Positions 17,220 to 26,700 of a DNA stretch of 64,000 nt are shown in pieces. The DNA is from an uncultured Clostridia bacterium (GTDB taxonomy: Bacteria > Bacillota > Clostridia > Christensenellales > CAG-138). The stretch's first letter is position 1. Each line of letters opens with the position of its first letter. Location: positions 11,519-75,518 of the forward strand of contig CAKTYU010000004.1 in assembly GCA_934633985.1 (NCBI GenBank), given 5' to 3'. A model generated the notes under the pieces. That model saw only the letters and a program-made list of their open reading frames with translations. It was not told the origin of the DNA and did no database searches. The translations under genes were made by a program, and so were the position numbers.

Positions 17220-18437
17220 ATGAAATACATAGTGATGCTGGGGGACGGCATGGCGGACAGGCCCATACCCTCCCTCGGAAACAGGACTCCCCTTCAGGCG
17301 GCGCATAAGCCCTACATGGACTATGCGGCGGCCCACGGCGCCTGCGGCATGGCCCACATGGTTCCCAAGGGGATGCCCCCCCAGTCCGATACCGCAAACC
17401 TTGCGGTAATGGGCTACGACCCCAAGGTTTACTATCGAGGTCGCTCGCCGCTGGAGGCGGTCAGCATGGGCATAGAGCTTGCCCCCACGGATATAGCAAT
17501 ACGCTGCAACATACTCACCCTGTCCGACGAGCCGGATTATCTGGACAAGACCATGATAGACCATTCGGCTGGGGAAATATCCAATGAGGAAGGAAGGGCT
17601 CTGGTGGAATACCTTGCCGAGCGCATGAATACCCCCCAGCTTGAGCTGCACGCCGGCATAAGCTACCGTCACTGCCTGGTGATACACGACGCCGAGCTCG
17701 GCACAGACCTTACCCCGCCCCACGACATAACCGGCAGGCCCATAAGGGGCTGTATGCCGGCGGGCAGGTACGGGCGGCTCTTATCCGACTTCATGGTGCG
17801 CTCAAACGAGCTTCTGCGCGATCATCCCATAAACAGGCGCAGGATAGCCGAGGGTAAAAACCCCGCCAATTCCTGCTGGTTCTGGGGGGAGGGCACAAAG
17901 CCGGAGCTTTTGCCCTTTCAGGAGCTTTACGGCGTAAGGGCCGGCGCGGTCTGCGCGGTGGATCTCATCAAGGGCCTTGGGATATGCACCGGCATGGAGG
18001 TCCCCTTTGTGCCCGGCGCAACGGGCGCAAAGCGCACGGACTTCGCCGCAAAGGGCAAGAAGGCGCTGGAGCTTCTAAACGGCGGCCTCGACCTCGTGTA
18101 CATACACGTCGAAGCACCGGACGAAAGCGGCCACGCGGGCGATGTGGAATGCAAGGTAGAGTCGATAGAAAGCATAGACAGGCACATTTTAGGCTATCTT
18201 ATGGACAGCCTGAAGGCACAGGGCGAGGATTTCGCAGTGATGCTGCTGCCGGATCACCCCACCCCCATAGAAATACGCACCCACAGCTCTGAGCCGGTGC
18301 CCTTTGCGCTTTACGACAGCCGCCGGAAGTGCGCCCCCTCCGCCCCCTCCTACTGCGAGGCCGAGGCGGAAAGGACGGGGCTTTTCATAGAGGAGGGGCA
18401 TACCCTAATGAAGAAGTTCATATCCCTTGATTTTTAA
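17220..18437 (+). CDS. cofactor-independent phosphoglycerate mutase family protein (apgM-like, proposed homoserine kinase subfamily)
   Basis: MKYIVMLGDGMADRP...NRTPLQAA N-terminus and metal-site HVEAPDESGH motif. Lies immediately downstream of thrC. Confidence 0.8.
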   Translation: MKYIVMLGDGMADRPIPSLGNRTPLQAAHKPYMDYAAAHGACGMAHMVPKGMPPQSDTANLAVMGYDPKVYYRGRSPLEAVSMGIELAPTDIAIRCNILTLSDEPDYLDKTMIDHSAGEISNEEGRALVEYLAERMNTPQLELHAGISYRHCLVIHDAELGTDLTPPHDITGRPIRGCMPAGRYGRLLSDFMVRSNELLRDHPINRRRIAEGKNPANSCWFWGEGTKPELLPFQELYGVRAGAVCAVDLIKGLGICTGMEVPFVPGATGAKRTDFAAKGKKALELLNGGLDLVYIHVEAPDESGHAGDVECKVESIESIDRHILGYLMDSLKAQGEDFAVMLLPDHPTPIEIRTHSSEPVPFALYDSRRKCAPSAPSYCEAEAERTGLFIEEGHTLMKKFISLDF

Positions 18438-18450
18438 GGAGGATACCGCC

Positions 18451-18888
18451 ATGCAAAGCAATTATCTCATAGTGGACAGGCGCATACTTCCGGATTACTA
18501 CGAAAAGGTAGTTCAGGCCCGGGATATGCTGCGGGAGGGCCGCGTAAAGGAGGTCAGCGAGGCCGTCAAGCTGGTGGGGATATCCCGCAGCACCTATTAC
18601 AAATACAAGGACTACATATTCGCCCCCAGCAACGAAACTGCCTGCAAGAAGGCGGTGTTCGCCTTCATGCTGTCCCATCAGCAGGGCGTGCTGAGCGAGG
18701 TCCTAAACAAGTTCTCCGAGCTCGGTGCAAACATACTAACCATAACCCAAAGCCTGCCCATACACGGCAACGCCAACGTGGTCATCTCCGTGGATATGAC
18801 AAACATGACGATGGCTCCTGACGGTATAATGGAGCAGCTTATGTCCCTGCGCGGAGTACGCAGCTCAAAGCTCATAGCGATAGAATAA
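18451..18888 (+). CDS. ACT domain-containing protein (UPF0735/PheB-like)
   Basis: N-terminal HTH-like segment SEAVKLVGISRSTYYKYKD plus a C-terminal ACT fold. AAGGAGG lies 8 nt upstream of ATG 18451. Confidence 0.75.
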   Translation: MQSNYLIVDRRILPDYYEKVVQARDMLREGRVKEVSEAVKLVGISRSTYYKYKDYIFAPSNETACKKAVFAFMLSHQQGVLSEVLNKFSELGANILTITQSLPIHGNANVVISVDMTNMTMAPDGIMEQLMSLRGVRSSKLIAIE

Positions 18889-18908
18889 AATACGCGCTCT
18901 ATCCCACG

Positions 18909-18937
18909 CCCCGCACCCTGCCGTGCGGGGCTTTTTT
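18909..18937 (+). terminator. terminator of the thrC operon
   Basis: CCCCGCAC-CCTGCC-GTGCGGGG followed by CTTTTTT. Confidence 0.8.
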
Positions 18938-19014
18938 GCTGTAACCCATAGGTGCGCTGCGGAATAAGCTGAATATGTAAATCCCGCCTCTTAAGCGGGT
19001 GATCTGGAGGATGT

Positions 19015-19245
19015 ATGACGCAGAGGCTTTCGGATATGGCGCCGGGGCAGCGCGCCGCGGTGTGCGGCGTGACGGCAGAGGAAAGCATGGCCCGCCGCCT
19101 TATGGATATAGGAATGGTGAAGGACACAGAGGTGGAATGCCTTATGAAAAGCCCCTTGGGGGATCCCGCGGCATATCTCGTAAAGGGCGCGGTGATTGCC
19201 CTGCGCCGCGAGGACGCGGCCACGGTGCTTGTGAGGGAGGTATAA
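19015..19245 (+). CDS. feoA: ferrous iron transport protein A
   Basis: 76-aa FeoA-type small SH3-like protein. GGAGGA SD. Directly precedes feoB. Confidence 0.85.
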   Translation: MTQRLSDMAPGQRAAVCGVTAEESMARRLMDIGMVKDTEVECLMKSPLGDPAAYLVKGAVIALRREDAATVLVREV

Positions 19246-19247
19246 CC

Positions 19248-21059
19248 ATGGCAGAGCTTACCATAGCCCTTGCAGGCAACCCAAACGTGGGCAAAAGCAC
19301 GCTCTTCAACGGGCTCACCGGCCTTAAGCAGCACACCGGCAACTGGGCAGGCAAGACCGTATCCGCGGCGGAGGGCAGCTTTGACTACAACGGCAGCAGG
19401 TATAAAATAGTGGATCTTCCGGGCTGCTATTCCCTCATGGCCCGCTCCGCCGAGGAGGAGGCGGCGCGGGACTTTATACGCTCCGGCGCGGCCGACCTAA
19501 TCGTGGTGGTCTGCGACGCGACCTGCATGGAGCGCAGCCTCGGCCTTGCCCTGCAGATAATCGCGGAGACAGACAACGTAATGCTCTGCGCCAACCTCAT
19601 GGACGAGGCGGAGCGCAAGGGCATAAGCCTAAACCTGCCCCTAATATCCGAACGGCTGGGCGTGCCTGTCGCGGGCATATCCGCAAGGAGCAGGAAGGGC
19701 CCATTACAGCTTCTTCCCGCAATGGAGAGGGCCTTAAAGGAGGGGCTGCACCCGCTCAGGCCCGACAGCACCGACCCCGAATACCTGTCTAAGCTCGCCC
19801 ATGAGATTTGCCTCGGGGCCGTATGCTCCCGCCCTGACCCATTAAGGCGCGACAGGCGCATAGACAAGGTGCTCACGGGGCGGCTGTTAGGCTTTCCCAT
19901 AATGCTTTTGCTGCTTGCGCTGGTGTTTTTCATAACCATAACCGGCGCAAACTACCCCTCCAGGCTGCTCTCCGATGCGCTTTTCAAGGCCCAGGATAGG
20001 CTCATGGGCCTTTGCCGCTCCGCCTCCGTGCCAAGGCTCATATACGAGCCGCTGCTCCTCGGCGTATACCGGGTATTAGCGTGGGTGGTCTCCGTAATGC
20101 TGCCGCCCATGGCCATATTCTTTCCCCTTTTCACCCTCCTTGAGGACCTCGGCTACCTGCCCCGCGTCGCCTTCAACCTCGACCGCTGCTTCAAGGGCTG
20201 CCGCGCCTGCGGAAAGCAGGCGCTGACCACCTGCATGGGCTTTGGCTGCAACGCTGTGGGCGTAACGGGCTGCCGCATAATCGACTCTCCACGTGAAAGG
20301 CTCATCGCCGTCATCACCAACAGCCTCGTGCCGTGCAATGGGCGCTTCCCAGCCCTTATCGCCGTCATATCCATGTTTTTCGCAGGCGGAACGCTGTCCG
20401 GCGCGCTACTGCTTACGGCGCTCATAGTCTTTTCCGTCGCCATGACGCTGCTCGCCTCGCGGCTGCTGTCGGCTACGCTGCTTCGGGGCGTGCCATCCTC
20501 CTTTACGTTAGAGCTGCCCCCGTACCGCCCGCCGCAGATAGGGCGGGTGATAGTGCGCTCCGTGCTGGACAGGACGGTGTTCGTGCTTGGCAGGGCGGCG
20601 GCGGTGGCGGCCCCGGCGGGGCTCGTTATATGGCTCATGGCGAACGTAAGCATCGGCGGCAGCACGCTCCTTTCGCTTTGCGCTGGCTTTCTCGACCCTT
20701 TGGGCCGCCTTCTGGGCCTCGACGGGGTGATACTCATGGCGTTTTTGCTGGGCTTCCCCGCAAACGAAATAGTGATACCCATAATGCTCATGGCCTACAC
20801 CGCCCAGGGCATGCTCATGGAGCATCAGGGACTATGTGAGCTTAGGGCCATACTGGTTCAAAACGGCTGGACGGCAAGGACGGCGCTGTGCTTTTTGATA
20901 TTCACCCTCATGCACTGGCCCTGCTCCACCACGCTTGTGACCATAAAAAAGGAAACCGGCAGCCTTAAATGGACGCTGGTTTCCCTCCTTGCGCCCGCGC
21001 TCATGGGCGCGGCGCTGTGTATGCTGGTCAATCTCCTGTTCTATATCACGTCCTTATGA
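19248..21059 (+). CDS. feoB: ferrous iron transporter FeoB
   Basis: G-domain GNPNVGKSTLFN and DLPG, then a polytopic membrane domain. Start ATG 19248 (MAELTIAL) after GGAGG. The 686-aa ORF-track version runs through feoA in another frame. Confidence 0.92.
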   Translation: MAELTIALAGNPNVGKSTLFNGLTGLKQHTGNWAGKTVSAAEGSFDYNGSRYKIVDLPGCYSLMARSAEEEAARDFIRSGAADLIVVVCDATCMERSLGLALQIIAETDNVMLCANLMDEAERKGISLNLPLISERLGVPVAGISARSRKGPLQLLPAMERALKEGLHPLRPDSTDPEYLSKLAHEICLGAVCSRPDPLRRDRRIDKVLTGRLLGFPIMLLLLALVFFITITGANYPSRLLSDALFKAQDRLMGLCRSASVPRLIYEPLLLGVYRVLAWVVSVMLPPMAIFFPLFTLLEDLGYLPRVAFNLDRCFKGCRACGKQALTTCMGFGCNAVGVTGCRIIDSPRERLIAVITNSLVPCNGRFPALIAVISMFFAGGTLSGALLLTALIVFSVAMTLLASRLLSATLLRGVPSSFTLELPPYRPPQIGRVIVRSVLDRTVFVLGRAAAVAAPAGLVIWLMANVSIGGSTLLSLCAGFLDPLGRLLGLDGVILMAFLLGFPANEIVIPIMLMAYTAQGMLMEHQGLCELRAILVQNGWTARTALCFLIFTLMHWPCSTTLVTIKKETGSLKWTLVSLLAPALMGAALCMLVNLLFYITSL

Positions 21060-21570
21060 CGTAGCCCTCCTTGCGAGGCTTTGCCGCCGGGTGCGGGCAG
21101 TCGGGATAGCCCAATATGCAGCTTCCCACCCCCGTGTATTTATCCTCCACGCCCCAGCCCCGAAGCATCTCGCGGCCCTCGGCGGTGTCCAGCATCTCCC
21201 GGGTGCGGTTTATCCAACAGGAGCCCAGGCCTATGCTGTATGCGGCGTTCATAAGGTTGCCCATGACGAGGCAGGCGTCCGCAAAGCCGTTGCTGTTGGT
21301 GCTGTCTGCAAGCACCATTACCACCGTGGGCGCGCCGTAAAAGGGATCGCCCTTTGGGTTGGAGGTAAAGGCGGCGTTCATCCGGGAAAGGCGCGATACC
21401 GTTTCCTTATCCTGCACCACCACCATGATGGGAGACTGGGTGCCCATGCCGGTGGGCGCGTAGGTCCCCGCCTCCAGCACCGCGTTGAGCTCCTCGTCCC
21501 TTATCTGCTCTTTTTTATATTTCCTTATGCTGCGGCGGCTCTTGAGCGCCTCCAATACCTGATTAGTCAT
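21046..21570 (-). CDS. nitroreductase family protein
   Basis: 174 aa. RRSIRKY FMN-binding N-terminus. Confidence 0.85.
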   Translation of the reverse strand: MTNQVLEALKSRRSIRKYKKEQIRDEELNAVLEAGTYAPTGMGTQSPIMVVVQDKETVSRLSRMNAAFTSNPKGDPFYGAPTVVMVLADSTNSNGFADACLVMGNLMNAAYSIGLGSCWINRTREMLDTAEGREMLRGWGVEDKYTGVGSCILGYPDCPHPAAKPRKEGYVIRT

Positions 21571-21600
21571 AGTCCCCTTATCTCCGTAAAAGATTATATT

Positions 21601-23373
21601 TTAGCCTTGCTTTACGAGCTTTTTAAACATCTCTATGTCCTTCTTGAGAGCCTCTAAGCTGCCCCGCCAGAAGTCCCTGCCGGATACGTCTATGCCGCAT
21701 ATCCCTGCGCTGTCCTCCACGGAGAGCATGGGGGTCTCCCGAAGCATCGCCTTATACTTGGGCAGGAAGTCCGCCCCCTCCTTAAGGTACTTTTCGTACA
21801 GGCCCCGCGCCAGCAGGCCGCCGAACGTGTAGGGATAGTTATAGAAGGAGAGGTCGGTGCTGTAATAATGGACCTTGCAAACCCACATATACGGGTTGAG
21901 GGTGCTTTGGTCCAGGCCGTCGCCGTATGCCCTCTTCTGCGATGCGAGCATTATATCGCAAAGCTCGTCCGGCAGCATGAAGCTGTCGCTCCTTCTCTCG
22001 CATACCTCCTTTTCAAAGAGGAAGCGGGAGTATATGTCGCATACTACCAATGCCGCGTTCTGGAGCCTGTTCTCTATGAGCATCAGCTTCTCATCGTCGC
22101 TCTCCGCGTGGTCTATGGCGTAGCTCACCAGCAGGTTCTCGTTGAAGTTGGAAGCTGTCTCCGCCACCGGCATGGAGTAATTCCTGTTCAGCGCGCCGTT
22201 GTTCTTTATCTGCATCTCGTGGAAGCCGTGGCCCAGCTCGTGCGCGAGGGTAACGACGTCCCCGAACAGGCCGCCGAAGTTGGTCAGTATCCTGAACTCG
22301 CCCGTGCCGAAGGCCGGCATGCAATATGCGCCGCCCACCTTGCCCTTGCGGGGATATACGTCTATCCAGTCCTCGGCAAAGGCGCGGCTTGCCGTATCCG
22401 CAAGCTCCCCGTCGAAGGTTGAAAATACGTTTACTATATATTCCCTGGCCTGCTCTATGTTGAAGGTGCGGTTGCTGCTGCCCATGGGCGCAAATATCTC
22501 ATGCCACGGAAGGCCGTTTTTATATCCCAGGGCCTCTCCCTTGGCCTTATAGTAGCTGTGGAACACCGGAAGGTACTCCTCGACAGCTCCCCAAAGCGCG
22601 TCCAGCGTATCCCGCTTCATGTCCGCCATGAACAGGGACTTATCCAGCACGCTGTCAAAGCCCCTCAGCTCACATTCGCTTATGCTTTGCAGCTTTATGC
22701 TGTTTAGCGCGAAGGCGACGGGGCCCTTTATCTTATCATAGCACTTGAGCTCCGCCTCGTATGCGGCCTTTCGCACGCTGCCATCCGGGTCGTATGCAAG
22801 GTTCCGCAGCTCAGTCAGGCTCAGGCTCTTGCCCTTTAGCTCCTCGGTGACGCCGGAGGTCTCGTAAGCCTGCAGCTTTTCCCATGTCTTGCCGCCGCTC
22901 ACGTCGTATTTCGCGGCAACATCCTCGCCGTCGCCGGTGAGAAGATGCTGTGTCCTCTGCTTTTCCCTTCGGAAGTAATTCCTGTATTGGGTCAGGCCGG
23001 GCTCGCCCGCCATCGCTTCATCAAGCTCCTCTATCGAGATCGAGGCTATGTAGCGGGTTATCTCGGACATGGCCCTTGCCGCCGCGCCAGAAAGCATATT
23101 GACCCTGCCGTTTGCAGAGGCCGCCGCGCCGTCTGAACTATCCGTGGTCTGGCGGAACAGGCAGTAATCCGAAAGGGCGCAGGAAAGCAGCTTGTGCTCC
23201 TCCAGCAGAGGCACCGTCGCCATGAGGTTTTCCCTCGGGCTGCGTCCCGCAAGCCTTTTCGCCTCCGCGCCGAGCAGTGCGTTCACCTCGTCAAGCCGCG
23301 CCATGTCGCTTTTGAATTTGTCGCTGTCAAATCCGGTATACAAAGCGTCAAGGTTCCATCTTCCGTCGTACAT
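21601..23373 (-). CDS. pepF: M3-family oligoendopeptidase F
   Basis: 590 aa. Zinc motif HELGHGFH. Confidence 0.88.
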   Translation of the reverse strand: MYDGRWNLDALYTGFDSDKFKSDMARLDEVNALLGAEAKRLAGRSPRENLMATVPLLEEHKLLSCALSDYCLFRQTTDSSDGAAASANGRVNMLSGAAARAMSEITRYIASISIEELDEAMAGEPGLTQYRNYFRREKQRTQHLLTGDGEDVAAKYDVSGGKTWEKLQAYETSGVTEELKGKSLSLTELRNLAYDPDGSVRKAAYEAELKCYDKIKGPVAFALNSIKLQSISECELRGFDSVLDKSLFMADMKRDTLDALWGAVEEYLPVFHSYYKAKGEALGYKNGLPWHEIFAPMGSSNRTFNIEQAREYIVNVFSTFDGELADTASRAFAEDWIDVYPRKGKVGGAYCMPAFGTGEFRILTNFGGLFGDVVTLAHELGHGFHEMQIKNNGALNRNYSMPVAETASNFNENLLVSYAIDHAESDDEKLMLIENRLQNAALVVCDIYSRFLFEKEVCERRSDSFMLPDELCDIMLASQKRAYGDGLDQSTLNPYMWVCKVHYYSTDLSFYNYPYTFGGLLARGLYEKYLKEGADFLPKYKAMLRETPMLSVEDSAGICGIDVSGRDFWRGSLEALKKDIEMFKKLVKQG

Positions 23374-23374
23374 T

Positions 23375-23911
23375 TTACTTGTCCTTTCTGTTTATTACAT
23401 TTATCTGTATGCTCTCCATAGAGTCGAGCGCCACTGTATTGGCCCTTGGGTCAAAGCTTGCGGTACAGGCCGCGTCCACGGTTATCTCCGCCTCGGGCAG
23501 CGCGGTCTTTAACACCGCCGCGTTGGTCAGCACGCATATATTGGACACGAGGCCCGCCAGCTCTATCCTTTCATAGCCCTTTTCCGCGGCTATCCGGGCA
23601 AGCTCCATGCTGCCGAAGGAGGGCTTGTCTATTATAATATCCCCCTGCCGCACCTGCTTTGCCGTCTCGCCGAACAGCTCATGCCCATGGCTCCCCTCTA
23701 TGCAGTGGACAACGGGGAGCTTGCGGCCCTCCTGGGTTTCAAGGTAGTTTTCGCCATGGGTGTCCCTTGTGAATATTACGTCCGCGCCTCTGCCCCGGTA
23801 TTCCAGTATCTTTTCCGTTATGGGCCCATCCAGCCCTTCCGCGCCCTCAAAGCCCAGCGCCCCGTTTACAAAGTCGTTCTGGTAGTCTATCACGACAAGC
23901 AGCTCCTTCAC
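23375..23911 (-). CDS. isochorismatase-family cysteine hydrolase (nicotinamidase-like)
   Basis: VVIDYQNDF start motif and catalytic Cys context GLVSNICV. Confidence 0.82.
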   Translation of the reverse strand: MKELLVVIDYQNDFVNGALGFEGAEGLDGPITEKILEYRGRGADVIFTRDTHGENYLETQEGRKLPVVHCIEGSHGHELFGETAKQVRQGDIIIDKPSFGSMELARIAAEKGYERIELAGLVSNICVLTNAAVLKTALPEAEITVDAACTASFDPRANTVALDSMESIQINVINRKDK

Positions 23912-23944
23912 CCCGCATACCCCCTCTGAACAAATATTTTTAGA

Positions 23945-24541
23945 TCATATAAGCGCAGTATACGCGCACCACAGCAGCAGCGCCGCCATTATGACGCTGA
24001 ATACCTTTATATGCTCCGAATACACCTTGCGCACGGACATCCCGAAGGAGCACCAGATAAGGCTTGCGGCCGTCATGCACACCGCATTTATGCCGGCCAC
24101 CAGCAGTATCGCTCCAAGCTCGGTGGTATAGGGGACAACATATATGGAAAACACGCTGAGCCCGCTCATCCAGCTTTTTACATTGAGGATCTGCAGCAGC
24201 ACGCCCTTCTTATAGCCGGATTCCCCCGTCTGCCCGGGCTCGTCCGCGCCGTCCTGCTTTTTGCCGAACCCGTCGATGAGTATATGTACGGCCAAATACA
24301 GCAGATACGCCGTCCCCAGCCACTTGAGATAGGGCACTACCTCCGGCAGCACGTCTGCAAGCACCACGTTCAGCATGCCGCAAAAGATCATCTTTACGAA
24401 AAACATCGAGCAGCTTGCCGTAATAAACTTCCTTGCCCCTTTGAGGCCGCAGTGCGCCCCGAGATACATGCACATTATGTTGTTTGGCCCGGGGGTTATG
24501 CAGTTTATGACGGTATACAGCATCAGCGGCGCGTAATTCAT
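23945..24541 (-). CDS. LysE/RhtB-family amino-acid exporter
   Basis: 198 aa, about 6 TM helices, N-terminal ITPGPNN motif. Confidence 0.75.
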   Translation of the reverse strand: MNYAPLMLYTVINCITPGPNNIMCMYLGAHCGLKGARKFITASCSMFFVKMIFCGMLNVVLADVLPEVVPYLKWLGTAYLLYLAVHILIDGFGKKQDGADEPGQTGESGYKKGVLLQILNVKSWMSGLSVFSIYVVPYTTELGAILLVAGINAVCMTAASLIWCSFGMSVRKVYSEHIKVFSVIMAALLLWCAYTALI

Positions 24542-24673
24542 ATCATGTTCCCCACTTTTCGATTTAACATATTCTTTATGCCTTGAATTATATCACATAA
24601 GAAACGCCGTGACCAGCCTCGCCGGCATAAGCCGCCCTATGCCGCGGCTTTGCGGCATAGGGCGTTATAGCTT

Positions 24674-25585
24674 TTATTTCTTTTCCGCTTCGTCGTTATC
24701 CAGCCCCAGATCCGGGAACGCCTTGGATATGCGGCGATAGGTAAAGCTCTTTTTTTTGAGGTTTTCGCGGAACTCCATCGCCTTTTCCCGCCTGTCCGCC
24801 TGTGCTGCGGCGGCGCGGACGTCCCGGCGGTTCCTCTCGGCCTCCCGTATGCTCTCGAAGAGCCTGCGCTCCTCCTCCCGGTTCTTTTCTATCAGCTCCT
24901 TCTCCTGTGCGCGGTGTGCCGCGCTCATGTCTATGAGGTCGCCGTAAAGCTCCTTCGCCTCATCGGTGCGCCTGCGCACATTTATGGCGGCATGGGACAC
25001 GTTTTCGCCTATGATGTCTGATATCTCGTGTATCTCCCTTGCGGCGGCGGTTATGAGGCGCAGCTTCGCCTGCATATTGCATATAGCGGCTACCGTGGCG
25101 CCGAGATCGACGGCGGTAAGGACCAGCATTACATAGGCGAGCACCGTGCCGAGCTGATGGGGTATGCCGTTTATAAAGTTGAGCACCAGGGGGTGTATTA
25201 TGCGAACTATAAAGGTCGCGGCCAAGCCCCATATCAGCGAAAACTCAAGGCAGACATAGCCGTGTATGTTGAAGCGGTTGTTGGTGTAGTCCCACCACTT
25301 GGCATGGAACAGCTTCTCCAGCACCCAGCCGGTTATGTACTCCATAATCGTGGTGACTATGGCAGAGCCGAGAAAGAGCACCAAAAGATTGTCCTTAAGG
25401 TCTATGAGGAGGTATATGACCCCCACGAGGCCAAAGCCGTATATGGGGCATATAGGGCCGTTGAGGAAGCCCCTGTTTACGAACTTGCCGTGGCGCAGCC
25501 CCGCAAACGCCACCTCCGCGCACCAGCCCATGAAGGCGTACACGAAGAACATCCAAACGAGCTGATACAGGCTGAACTTCATCAT
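24674..25585 (-). CDS. PF06541-like ('putative ABC transporter type IV') membrane protein with charged C-terminal tail
   Basis: FVYAFMGWCAEVAF...GPICPIYGFG N-terminal membrane domain. The C-terminal ~110 aa are Arg/Glu-rich and helical. Confidence 0.6.
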   Translation of the reverse strand: MMKFSLYQLVWMFFVYAFMGWCAEVAFAGLRHGKFVNRGFLNGPICPIYGFGLVGVIYLLIDLKDNLLVLFLGSAIVTTIMEYITGWVLEKLFHAKWWDYTNNRFNIHGYVCLEFSLIWGLAATFIVRIIHPLVLNFINGIPHQLGTVLAYVMLVLTAVDLGATVAAICNMQAKLRLITAAAREIHEISDIIGENVSHAAINVRRRTDEAKELYGDLIDMSAAHRAQEKELIEKNREEERRLFESIREAERNRRDVRAAAAQADRREKAMEFRENLKKKSFTYRRISKAFPDLGLDNDEAEKK

Positions 25586-25633
25586 ATAGTCACACAGTCC
25601 TTTTCGTTTTCTTTGACGTTGGTATTATACAAG

Positions 25634-26407
25634 CTATAAGGGCAGGTTTTCAAGGGTGAGCTTTATGCACAGCACGCTCGCCGCAAGGCCCGCGACGCCG
25701 CCTATGAGCCAGCCGCGCCGGGCAGAGGGGGATATGCTCTCCCACTGCTCCTTTTTCCACGGTGCATAGAGTATGAAGAATATTATTATGCTAATGGCAA
25801 GCGCCGCCGCCGTATCCAGCACGGAATGCTGCTTTACGAATACGGTGGATACGGATATCACCGCGGCGAGCAGGGATATCAGCACCTTGGAGCCTGTCCT
25901 TTTTACGGTCGGGCAGTTGGCTATCGCCGCGGCGCACATAAAGCTCCCCACCACATGCATGCTGGGCAGTATGTTAAAGGGCGGGTCCATAGAGTATATG
26001 AGCCCCACGAGCTCGGTGCAGAGGTTATCCCGCGGGAACACGGCGGGCCTCAGGTCCTGGGCTATGGGATATACCCAATACACCAGCATACAGGCGGTAT
26101 AGCCTATCATCATAAACAGCATATACTTTATAAAGCTCTTTTTATCCTTCAGCAGGGTATAAAAGCCCACGCCTATCAGCAGGAAATACCACGCGCAATA
26201 GGGTATTATGAAGTACTCGCAGAAGGGTATGCTGTAATCAAGGGCGAAATGCACCGTCCTCAACGGTATCTGCCTCGCCTGAAGCAGGCAGAAGCCGGCA
26301 AGATAAGCCGGCACATACAGCGCAAGCCATATCTGCTTATTGTGTGCTATCCAATCCTTTATCGTATCCGCAACGCCTCTTTTGTGCGTTATACCCGGGT
26401 TTTCCAT
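25634..26407 (-). CDS. PAP2-superfamily membrane phosphatase/transferase
   Basis: PSMHV and KQHSVLD (HxxxD) motifs, multiple TM helices. ATG 26407 (MENPGITHK) preferred over the extended ORF-track start. Confidence 0.7.
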   Translation of the reverse strand: MENPGITHKRGVADTIKDWIAHNKQIWLALYVPAYLAGFCLLQARQIPLRTVHFALDYSIPFCEYFIIPYCAWYFLLIGVGFYTLLKDKKSFIKYMLFMMIGYTACMLVYWVYPIAQDLRPAVFPRDNLCTELVGLIYSMDPPFNILPSMHVVGSFMCAAAIANCPTVKRTGSKVLISLLAAVISVSTVFVKQHSVLDTAAALAISIIIFFILYAPWKKEQWESISPSARRGWLIGGVAGLAASVLCIKLTLENLPL

Positions 26408-26584
26408 ATTTGCACTCTGCCTTTCCCTTGTGATAGAGCATTCCGAAAAATCTCGGTAATAGATATAATACTTCCCAAAGGGAAAAAAGTATACCCCGCG
26501 TTGTGAAAAAATCATTAAATTTAACTTAAAATATGCAAAATAACCCCTAAATCCGCCCAAATAATAATTTCTTAAAAATAAGTG

Positions 26585-26612
26585 TTGACATTATGCTGAA
26601 AATATGTATAAT
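26585..26612 (+). promoter_or_regulatory. near-consensus sigma-A promoter for tRNA-Glu
   Basis: TTGACA (26585-26590), 16-nt spacer, TATAAT (26607-26612), 11 nt upstream of the tRNA 5' end. Confidence 0.7.
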
Positions 26613-26623
26613 TAATTGTGCTT

Positions 26624-26699
26624 GCTCGATTCGTCTAGTGGCCTAGGACACCGCCCTCTCACGGCGGGAACAGGGGTTCGACTCCCCTATCGGGTACCA
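26624..26699 (+). tRNA. tRNA-Glu (anticodon CUC), CCA encoded
   Basis: Hand-folded cloverleaf: GCUCGAU-UC-GUC-UAGUGGCCUAG-GAC-A-CCGCC-CUCUCAC-GGCGG-GAAC-AGGGG-UUCGACU-CCCCU-AUCGGGU-A-CCA (76 nt). Two G-U pairs in the acceptor stem. Confidence 0.88.
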
Positions 26700-26700
26700 T

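Noticed and set aside
15921-17723. 600-aa minus-strand ORF antisense to thrC and the apgM-like gene. Similar long antisense ORFs occur at 10216..11802, 49722..51131, 53324..55315, 3597..4574 and 33847..34839.
   Set aside because: They lie opposite strongly conserved genes. They have G/A/V/H/L/R-rich low-information composition, no recognisable motifs and no SDs. This is the usual open-frame artefact of GC-rich DNA.
18999-19247. N-terminal 83-aa extension of FeoB in the ORF track (686-aa version).
   Set aside because: The extension overlaps feoA in another frame. The conserved G-domain starts at ATG 19248, right after a GGAGG, immediately downstream of the feoA stop.
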